This document shows positions 56,924-64,000 of a stretch of DNA of 64,000 nucleotides, one piece after another. The notes under the pieces were generated by a model. It was not told the DNA's origin. It made no database searches and was given only the letters and a program-made list of their open reading frames with translations. Made by a program: the position numbers and the translations under genes. Each line of letters starts with the position of its first letter. Position 1 is the stretch's first letter. Source of the stretch: an uncultured Muribaculaceae bacterium (GTDB lineage: Bacteria; Bacillota_I; Bacilli_A; RF39; UBA660); the NCBI GenBank assembly GCA_964600615.1, contig CAZRJK010000007.1, forward strand, positions 4,329 to 68,328, read 5' to 3'.

Positions 56924-58595
56924 ATATAAAGCCCTAATTGGATTAGAAATGCACTGTGAAATAAGTGAAACAAAATCAAAAGTATTTTCACCAGCAAAAA
57001 ATGGATCTAAAACTGCTAATACCGATTTGCCAAATAGTAATATAAATCCTATCGATATGGGATTTCCTGGTATCTTACCAGTAGTAAATAAAGAAGCAGT
57101 AAAAAAAGCTCTTATGGCAAGTATAATTTTAAATTGTAAGCAACCAGAATACTTATACTTTGAAAGAAAAAATTATTATTATCCAGACTTACCTAAAGGC
57201 TATCAAATAACACAAGAAACAAAACCTGCTCCTATAGGTATTTATGGAGAATTAGCTTATGAATATAAGGAAAAACAAAGAACCGTAAGAATAAACAATA
57301 TTCACTTAGAAGAAGATTCAGCAGCAATGACTCACTTAGAAAATAGATCACTAGTAAATTATAATAGATCAGGAGTTCCATTATTAGAATTAGTAACAGA
57401 ACCAGACTTCCGTACTGCTGATGAAGCTGTAGCATTTTTAGAAACAATGCGCTCAATTTATCAATATGCAGGAATTTCTGAAGCAGATGCCAAAAAAGGA
57501 CACATAAGATGTGATGTCAACGTTTCAATAATGGATGAAGATTTAGATGAAACAGATCCCAAAAACTGGGGAACAAAAGTAGAAGTAAAAAACGTTAATT
57601 CCTTTAGTGGAGTAAGAGATGTAATAAATTATGAAATAGAAAGACAAACTTTACTAAAAGAAGAAGGTAAATATGATGATATGCCACAACAAACAAGACG
57701 TTGGGATGAAGAAACATTATCTACAATTTATATGCGTGCTAAAGTAGATGCCATAGATTACAAATACTTTGTAGAACCAAACATACCTAAAATAAAAATA
57801 TCATCTAGTTGGTTAAATCAAATAAAAAAAGAAATACCTAAACTAGCACCAGAAAGAAAAGAACAATATATGAATGTCTATGGCTTAACTAATAAAGATG
57901 CTAGAACTATAGTAAAAGATAAAAATATAGCAGATTACTATGAAGAATGTATATCTTTAAATTGTAATCCTAAATTAGCATCTAACTGGATAACAGGCAA
58001 TATTTTAGGTTACTTAAATAAAAATGAATTAACTATAAAAGACATTTATCTAACACCTAAAATGTTAGTAAATTTAATTAATATGATAGAAGAAGGAAAA
58101 ATTTCATCTAAACAAAGCAAAGATGTCTTTGTAAAAGTAATAGAAGATGAAAAAGAACCTGAAGAAGTAGTAAAAGAATTAGGATTAACTCAAATAACTG
58201 ACGAAAAAGAATTAAAAGAATACGCCAAAGAAATAATAGAAGAAAATCCTGAACAAGTAGAAGCATATAAAGTACAACCAAGATTACTAGATTATTTTAT
58301 AGGTCAAATGATGAAAAAGACGAAAGGTAAAGCTAATCCAGCTTTAGCCTCAAAAATATTAAAAGAAGAATTAGACAATAAAACTAATAGAAAGGAGAGT
58401 ATTATGAAAGCAAAAGTAACAGATAAATGTATAGGATGTGGTTCTTGTGTTGCTATAACAGAATCAAAAATCTTTGATTTTAATGATGATGGTCTAGCAG
58501 AATGTATAGTAGATGAAATAAAAGATGCTGATAAAGAATTAGCAGAACAAGCGAGAGATAATTGTCCAACAGGAGCTATTGAAACAGAAGAATAG
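56907..58595 (+). CDS. gatB: Asp/Glu-tRNA amidotransferase subunit B, fused in frame to a C-terminal 4Fe-4S ferredoxin module
   Basis: GatB core (ALIGLEMHCE...NIHLEEDSAAM...) with a GatB_Yqey tail ending ...GKANPALASKILKEELDNK. There is no stop codon, and the frame continues through TNRKESI into MKAKVTDKCIGCGSCV...DNCPTGAIETEE. The likely start is ATG 56916. Confidence 0.85.
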   Translation: MLIMTKYKALIGLEMHCEISETKSKVFSPAKNGSKTANTDLPNSNINPIDMGFPGILPVVNKEAVKKALMASIILNCKQPEYLYFERKNYYYPDLPKGYQITQETKPAPIGIYGELAYEYKEKQRTVRINNIHLEEDSAAMTHLENRSLVNYNRSGVPLLELVTEPDFRTADEAVAFLETMRSIYQYAGISEADAKKGHIRCDVNVSIMDEDLDETDPKNWGTKVEVKNVNSFSGVRDVINYEIERQTLLKEEGKYDDMPQQTRRWDEETLSTIYMRAKVDAIDYKYFVEPNIPKIKISSSWLNQIKKEIPKLAPERKEQYMNVYGLTNKDARTIVKDKNIADYYEECISLNCNPKLASNWITGNILGYLNKNELTIKDIYLTPKMLVNLINMIEEGKISSKQSKDVFVKVIEDEKEPEEVVKELGLTQITDEKELKEYAKEIIEENPEQVEAYKVQPRLLDYFIGQMMKKTKGKANPALASKILKEELDNKTNRKESIMKAKVTDKCIGCGSCVAITESKIFDFNDDGLAECIVDEIKDADKELAEQARDNCPTGAIETEE

Positions 58596-58612
58596 TATAA
58601 TGGAGGTTCAAT

Positions 58613-58867
58613 ATGAAGTATAAAAATGAACTATACAAAAAAAGCAAAGAATTACAAAGTGTTGATGATTTTAAAAAAATACGTGAAAGAGAAGCAAAAG
58701 AAACAATAGTTGGCGAAGAAGAATCACCAAAGGAAAAATTAATAGCCTATAGAAAACAATTGGAAAATTTCACTAAGATTAATACGAGTGTAGATGAATT
58801 ACTAAAAAAGATAGATGAAAAAATAGATGAATTGGAAAATTCTCAATCAACACCAAGAAAAAGATAA
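58613..58867 (+). CDS. Hypothetical small coiled-coil protein
   Basis: ORF with RBS GGAGG. No family recognised. Confidence 0.4.
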   Translation: MKYKNELYKKSKELQSVDDFKKIREREAKETIVGEEESPKEKLIAYRKQLENFTKINTSVDELLKKIDEKIDELENSQSTPRKR

Positions 58868-58868
58868 A

Positions 58869-58896
58869 AGAATAAAACAAGTTTTATTCTTTTTTT
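58869..58896 (+). terminator. Intrinsic terminator
   Basis: AGAATAAAAC-aa-GTTTTATTCT hairpin followed by T7. Confidence 0.65.
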
Positions 58897-58903
58897 ATTA
58901 TCA

Positions 58904-58936
58904 CTTCTTTACTTTTAAAACCTTTTATTATAAAAT
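58904..58936 (+). promoter_or_regulatory. Repeated promoter-like element, copy A (upstream of the GT2 gene)
   Basis: CTTCTTTACTTTTAAAACCTTTTATTATAAAAT is identical at 31 of 33 positions to 62008-62040. It contains TTTACT-17 nt-TAAAAT. Confidence 0.5.
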
Positions 58937-58979
58937 TTTATCAAGAACTACTATAATATGAATAATTAGAAGGTGTAAC

Positions 58980-59720
58980 ATGGATAAACTATATATAATT
59001 ATACCAGCCTATAATGAAGAAAATAATATAGAAAAGGTAATAAAAGATTGGTATAAAATAATATCTAAAATGACTAAAGAATCTAGATTAGTTATAATAA
59101 ATGATGGAAGTAAAGACAAAACAGCCAAAATAGTTAGTAGCATGCAAAAAAAACATCCTAAATTATTACTAATAAATAAAAAAAACAGTGGACATGGATC
59201 TACAGTATTATTCGGTTATAACTATGCTATAAAAAATAAATGTGACTATGTATTTCAAACAGATTCAGATGGTCAAACAGAATCAAAAGAATTTTGGGAT
59301 TTTTGGAAAGAAAGAAAAAAATATGATTTAATTATAGGTAATAGAAAAAAAAGACAAGATGGAATAAGTAGAATTATTGTAACAAAGGTATTAAAAATAG
59401 TATTATATCTTAAATTTCATTTGTGGATAGAAGATGCTAATACTCCTTTTAGATTAATAACAATATCTTCGTTAAAAGATAGAATAAAACAAATCCCTAA
59501 AGATTATCATCTATCTAATGTAATATTATCAGTAATATATCAAAAATATAATTTAAAAATAAAATACAAAGAAATAACTTTCAAACCCCGTCAAGGAGGA
59601 ATAAATTCAATAAATATAAAAAAAATTATTAAAATAGGTATAAATTCATTAAAAGAATTTACTACAATAAACAAAAATATAGATAAGGAATTAAAATATG
59701 GAAAAGAAAATAAAAAATAG
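58980..59720 (+). CDS. Family 2 glycosyltransferase (polyprenyl-phosphate sugar synthase-like)
   Basis: IIIPAYNEENNI, INDGSKD, and DSDGQ in place of DxD. GtrB/DPM1-like size. Confidence 0.8.
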   Translation: MDKLYIIIPAYNEENNIEKVIKDWYKIISKMTKESRLVIINDGSKDKTAKIVSSMQKKHPKLLLINKKNSGHGSTVLFGYNYAIKNKCDYVFQTDSDGQTESKEFWDFWKERKKYDLIIGNRKKRQDGISRIIVTKVLKIVLYLKFHLWIEDANTPFRLITISSLKDRIKQIPKDYHLSNVILSVIYQKYNLKIKYKEITFKPRQGGINSINIKKIIKIGINSLKEFTTINKNIDKELKYGKENKK

Positions 59721-61983
59721 TACTATTACTGCTATATTTATTCTTATAGCCTGTATCCTTTTACTATTCATAAAACAAATAGCAGAATATAAAGATTTTA
59801 TAAATACCCTAAAATGGTATTTAATATTAATTCTTTTAACTATATCTGCACTACCAATTACTACAATAATATTTCAAAATTTTAAAGATAAAGGTTATAT
59901 ATTTTCTAAAACAATAGGAATACTACTATCAGGATATATAATGTGGATACTTTCATCATTTCACATAATGAAATTTAATTTTATAAATTCAATTATATGT
60001 ACACTTGTAGTACTAGTATTCTCTCTTATAATATATAAAAAGAAAGAAAAAACAACAATCTCTAAAAAAGATACATTAACATTTTTTAGAATAGAATTAG
60101 TATTTTTAATAATATTCCTATTTTGTAGTTATATAAAAGGATTTAATCCTAATATAGATAGTACAGAAAAATATATGGATTATGGCTATATGGCAATAAT
60201 AGATAAAACAGATTATATGCCGCCACAAGATCTGTGGTTCGCTAAAGAAAAAATTAATTATTACTATTTTGGCCAATATATTAGTTCTTTCATAACCAAA
60301 TTATCTAACGTTAAAGTAGAATATGGATATAATTTAATGCTAATAACATTATTTACAATAACAGCACTAAGTAGTTTTTCCATAGTATATAACTTATTAT
60401 TAAATAAAACAAAAAACAAAAAGATTCCATATATAGGAGGAATAATTGCCTCACTAGCCAATACCATAGCAGGAAATATGCATTACGTAATATATAATCT
60501 AATTATTCCCTTTATAAATAAAAACAAACCAGGATATATAAACAATTATTATTTTCCTAATTCAACAAGATATATAGGATACAATCCTATAACCAATGAT
60601 AAAACAATCCATGAATTTCCCAGCTATTCTTTTATCTTAGGGGACTTACATGCCCATGTAATAAACATTATATTTGTTTTATTACTAATAAGTCTTCTCT
60701 TAATACATATAACAAATAATAAAAAAGATAAAACGCAAATACCAATAATGCTTTTAATAGGATTCTTATTAAGTATATATAAAATGACAAACTATTGGGA
60801 TTTCATAATATATTTAACAGTAACAGTATTGATAATAATTATTACAAATATAATTAATTTAAAAAGAATAAAAGAAATAATTAAATTATCTTTAAAACAA
60901 CTAAGTATTATATTTATATCATCATTCTTAATAAGTCTTCCCTTTACCCTAATTTTTAACAAAATGATATTAGGAGTAAAAACAACAACAAACCATACTC
61001 CAATATATCAATTAATAGTATTATGGGGATTACCAATAACAATACTTCTCTATTACATAATAATAACAATTATAAAAACTAAACCACCAAAAAACAAAAA
61101 GAATATAATTTTAAAATATCTCTATAAGATTTCTAAAGAAGATATCTTTATGATAATATTAGGAATATGTGCTTTAGGATTAATAATAATTCCCGAAATA
61201 GTATATGTTGTAGATATTTATACAACAATGCCAAGAGCAAATACAATGTTTAAATTAACTTATCAAAGCTACATACTATTAGGTTTAGGATTTGGATATT
61301 ACATAATCAATATAATTATTAATAAAAAGAAATATAACAAAATAATAGGTATAATATTCTTAGTATTATTCACCTTAACTATAGGATATACATTAACAGC
61401 AACAAAATCATGGTTTGGTGACATAAAAAACACAAACAATTATAAAACATTAAATGGAAAAAAATATTTAGAAAACAGCTTGATAATATATAAATTACCA
61501 GAATATGAAAAAGAATATTGCAATCAAGGCGCAACAACCAAAGATGATTTAAACATGATTAATTGGCTAAATAAAAATACAAACAAAAACGATATTATCA
61601 TTGAGACATACGGGGATAGCTATACTAATTATAATAGAATATCTACATTTACAGGATTAGCAACCCCAATGGGATGGGAAACCCACGAATGGTTATGGAG
61701 AACAACTGATAATATTAATTCTATTCCTGAATCTGTATTTGAAAGAATGTCAGAAGTAGAATTATTTTATACATCACAAAATATAAAAGAACTAAAAAGA
61801 ATAATTAAAAAATATGACATAAAATATATCATAATAGGATACAATGAAAGAATAAAATACACAGAAGGAGATAATAAATTACTTAATGAAGATATATTAA
61901 ACGAATTAGGATCTGTAGCATATGAAACCAATACAAACAACTTAAAAAACAAATCATATATAATAAGAGTAAAAAGCAACTAA
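59698..61983 (+). CDS. DUF2298 (YYY-motif) large polytopic membrane protein, probable GT-C-type glycosyltransferase
   Basis: About 761 aa with more than 12 TM segments and the hallmark INYYYFGQY motif. Overlaps the GT2 gene by 23 nt (operon). Confidence 0.6.
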   Translation: MEKKIKNSTITAIFILIACILLLFIKQIAEYKDFINTLKWYLILILLTISALPITTIIFQNFKDKGYIFSKTIGILLSGYIMWILSSFHIMKFNFINSIICTLVVLVFSLIIYKKKEKTTISKKDTLTFFRIELVFLIIFLFCSYIKGFNPNIDSTEKYMDYGYMAIIDKTDYMPPQDLWFAKEKINYYYFGQYISSFITKLSNVKVEYGYNLMLITLFTITALSSFSIVYNLLLNKTKNKKIPYIGGIIASLANTIAGNMHYVIYNLIIPFINKNKPGYINNYYFPNSTRYIGYNPITNDKTIHEFPSYSFILGDLHAHVINIIFVLLLISLLLIHITNNKKDKTQIPIMLLIGFLLSIYKMTNYWDFIIYLTVTVLIIIITNIINLKRIKEIIKLSLKQLSIIFISSFLISLPFTLIFNKMILGVKTTTNHTPIYQLIVLWGLPITILLYYIIITIIKTKPPKNKKNIILKYLYKISKEDIFMIILGICALGLIIIPEIVYVVDIYTTMPRANTMFKLTYQSYILLGLGFGYYIINIIINKKKYNKIIGIIFLVLFTLTIGYTLTATKSWFGDIKNTNNYKTLNGKKYLENSLIIYKLPEYEKEYCNQGATTKDDLNMINWLNKNTNKNDIIIETYGDSYTNYNRISTFTGLATPMGWETHEWLWRTTDNINSIPESVFERMSEVELFYTSQNIKELKRIIKKYDIKYIIIGYNERIKYTEGDNKLLNEDILNELGSVAYETNTNNLKNKSYIIRVKSN

Positions 61984-62007
61984 CTTTTTACTCTTTTAAA
62001 GCTCTCT

Positions 62008-62040
62008 CTTCTTTACTTTTAAAGACTTTTATTATAAAAT
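62008..62040 (+). promoter_or_regulatory. Repeated promoter-like element, copy B (upstream of dnaB-dnaI)
   Basis: CTTCTTTACTTTTAAAGACTTTTATTATAAAAT; see copy A. Confidence 0.5.
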
Positions 62041-62066
62041 ACTATTAAGAGGACAGTGGTTGTAAT

Positions 62067-63362
62067 ATGAAAAAAAACAATATTTTACCAGCAGATACAT
62101 ATGTAGTCATAAATAAAAGTATTATAGACACTGAAGACAGAAAAATATTAACAATGTTATATCAACCAGTAATAGGACCTCTACCAATAATGCTATATTT
62201 CTCATTATGGTCTGATTTAGATAAAACAGAATTAATATCAAAAGAATATACTCATCATCATTTAGTAACTAATATGCATCTATCACTAGAAGAAATAGAA
62301 GAATGTAGAAGAAAATTAGAAGCTATAGGGCTATTAAAAACTTTTTACAAAGAAGAAAACATAAATAATTATATTTATCAACTATATTCTCCAATAAAAG
62401 CTTATGATTTCTTTAACCACCCAATATTAAATATAGTCTTATATAATAATACAGGAAAAAAAGAATATGAAGAATTAAAATCATATTTTAAAATACCAAG
62501 AATAAATACTAATGGATATACAGATATAACAGCCTCTTTCTCAGAAGTATTTACCTCTGTACCACTAACCTCATATGATTTATTAAATGATGATATAAGG
62601 CAAAAAAATGTTTTAAAGTTAAATATTGATAGCAATTTTGATTTTGATTTCTTAATTACCTCTTTACCAAACAATATTGATAAAGAAAAAATATTTACTA
62701 AAGAAATAAAAGAATTAATCTTAGAGCTATCTTACCTATATGATTTAGATGTTATAAAGATGCAAGATATATTAATAAGCTGCATAAATGAAAAAAATAC
62801 AATTAACAAAGAAGAATTAAGAAAAACATGTAGAAACTATTATCAATTTGATAATCATGGACTATTACCAAGTGTTGTATATAATTCACAACCAGAATAT
62901 CTAAAAAAACCAGAAGGAGATACATCAAAAAGAGCCAAAATGATTTATACCTTTGAAACACTAAGGCCATATGAATTATTAAAAAGCAAAAATAACGGTT
63001 CCGAACCAACAGCAAGAGATTTAAAGCTAGCAGAAGACTTAATAATTAATTATGGACTAAAACCAGGGGTAGCAAACGTATTAATTGATTATATCCTAAA
63101 AACAAATAACAACAAATTAACCAGAAATCTAGCAGAAACTATCGCTGGGCAATGGCAAAGATTAAACATAGAAACAGTAGATGATGCTATGAGAGTAGCC
63201 GAAAAAGAACACAAAAAATATCATAAAAAAGAATCTACTACTAAATATAAAATAACTAAAGAAGAAAAAATACCAGAATGGTTTAATAAGGAAATAAAAA
63301 AACAAGAAGTATCAAAAGATAGTCTAGAAGAAATGCAAAATCTATTAAAGGAGTATAACTAA
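62067..63362 (+). CDS. dnaB: Replication initiation and membrane attachment protein (Firmicute DnaB, DnaD-domain family)
   Basis: N-terminal winged-helix-like region (DRKILTMLYQPVIGPLPIMLYFSLW). C-terminal DnaD-like domain (VANVLIDYILKTNNNKLTRNLAETIAGQWQRLNIETVDDAM). Followed by dnaI as in Bacillus. Confidence 0.75.
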   Translation: MKKNNILPADTYVVINKSIIDTEDRKILTMLYQPVIGPLPIMLYFSLWSDLDKTELISKEYTHHHLVTNMHLSLEEIEECRRKLEAIGLLKTFYKEENINNYIYQLYSPIKAYDFFNHPILNIVLYNNTGKKEYEELKSYFKIPRINTNGYTDITASFSEVFTSVPLTSYDLLNDDIRQKNVLKLNIDSNFDFDFLITSLPNNIDKEKIFTKEIKELILELSYLYDLDVIKMQDILISCINEKNTINKEELRKTCRNYYQFDNHGLLPSVVYNSQPEYLKKPEGDTSKRAKMIYTFETLRPYELLKSKNNGSEPTARDLKLAEDLIINYGLKPGVANVLIDYILKTNNNKLTRNLAETIAGQWQRLNIETVDDAMRVAEKEHKKYHKKESTTKYKITKEEKIPEWFNKEIKKQEVSKDSLEEMQNLLKEYN

Positions 63363-63363
63363 A

Positions 63364-64000
63364 ATGAAAAGTATGAAAGAAGTATTAAAAGAAAATTATT
63401 CAGAAAATGAAATCAAATTAGAAAAATACTTTGATGATTCCTTAGAAAATAATAGTACCTTTAAAAAAATAGCAACCAAATTAAAATTACCAAAAGACTA
63501 TCTAATGAAATACACAACCAAACTAGAAGATACTTCTAAAGAATTAGATAATTGTAAAAATTGCAAAAAATTATCAGAATGTAAAAATTCATACCAAGGA
63601 TATGTATATTATCCTGAAGTATTAAACGATAATTTAGTATTTGATTATATACCATGTAAATATAAAAAAGAACAACTAGAAAAAGATAAATACAAAGAAA
63701 ATATTTATTTATTTGAAATACCTAAAGAAATAAAAGAAGCATCTATGAAAAATATAGATTTAGATGATCCAGATAGATTTGAAGTAATAAAATGGCTAAA
63801 AAAATTCATAGATAATTATGAAAAGAAGGAAGAAAACCAAGGATTGTACCTAACAGGAAATTTTGGTAGTGGTAAAACATATTTAATATCAGCTTGTTTA
63901 AACGAATTAGCAAAAAAAGACCATAAAATAGCCATAATTTATTATCCAGAATTTTTAAGAAGCCTAAAAGAGTCTTTTAGTGATCCGGATGAATATAATA
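63364..64000 (+). CDS. dnaI: Primosomal helicase loader DnaI (N-terminal 212 codons; continues beyond the window)
   Basis: Hand translation gives MKSMKEVLKENYS... N-terminal zinc module (CKNCKKLSECKN...C). Walker A GNFGSGKTYL. It runs off the right edge. Confidence 0.85.
   Translation, partial: MKSMKEVLKENYSENEIKLEKYFDDSLENNSTFKKIATKLKLPKDYLMKYTTKLEDTSKELDNCKNCKKLSECKNSYQGYVYYPEVLNDNLVFDYIPCKYKKEQLEKDKYKENIYLFEIPKEIKEASMKNIDLDDPDRFEVIKWLKKFIDNYEKKEENQGLYLTGNFGSGKTYLISACLNELAKKDHKIAIIYYPEFLRSLKESFSDPDEYN

Overview
This window is the chromosomal replication-origin region of a very AT-rich genome (roughly one quarter G+C by eye, not computed). The organism is an endospore-forming Bacillota-type bacterium, since spoVT, spoIVA and a spoVIF-like gene are present.

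Gene order:
- Left of about 24.8 kb, essentially all genes are on the minus strand: metG (partial), dut, spoVT, DUF2207-lemA, mfd, pth, rsmI, a methyltransferase, ricT/PSP1, holB, recR, ybaB, dnaX, ffs, gyrA, gyrB, recF, a ComK-family gene, dnaN and dnaA.
- Right of it, genes run on the plus strand: rpmH, rnpA, yidC, jag, mnmE, mnmG, rsmG and a ParB-like gene. This is the classic divergence around oriC.
- DnaA-box clusters flank dnaA on both sides, giving a bipartite oriC.
- Further right lie a class A PBP, DUF1934 / ArgRS-like / rpoE, two tandem VUT-like membrane proteins and an XRE-S24 repressor.
- An 11-kb minus-strand block follows: hup, spoIVA, spoVIF-like, der, engB, several putative metallopeptidases, cysS and a HIT gene.
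- The window ends with gatCAB, a GT2 + DUF2298 glycosylation pair, and dnaB-dnaI (partial).

I saw no rRNA, tRNA, CRISPR, transposase or prophage module.

Observations worth follow-up:
1. Four consensus parS sites sit within 283 bp of an ORF-free spacer.
2. An orphan perfect sigma-A promoter plus terminator brackets about 520 nt of ORF-free, hairpin-dense sequence between hup and spoIVA.
3. A solo HerA/FtsK-type ATPase gene is wedged between rpmH and the oriC DnaA boxes.
4. An ArgRS-derived protein lacks the catalytic signature motifs.
5. GatB runs in frame into a ferredoxin.
6. A ComK-family gene sits inside the dnaN-recF cluster.
7. A 29-nt tandem duplication covers the dnaN translation-initiation region.
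8. An atypical ParB has a long low-complexity insert and no adjacent ParA.

All homology calls come from reading the translations and recalling family motifs. No database search was run. Start codons were adjusted by eye using RBS context.
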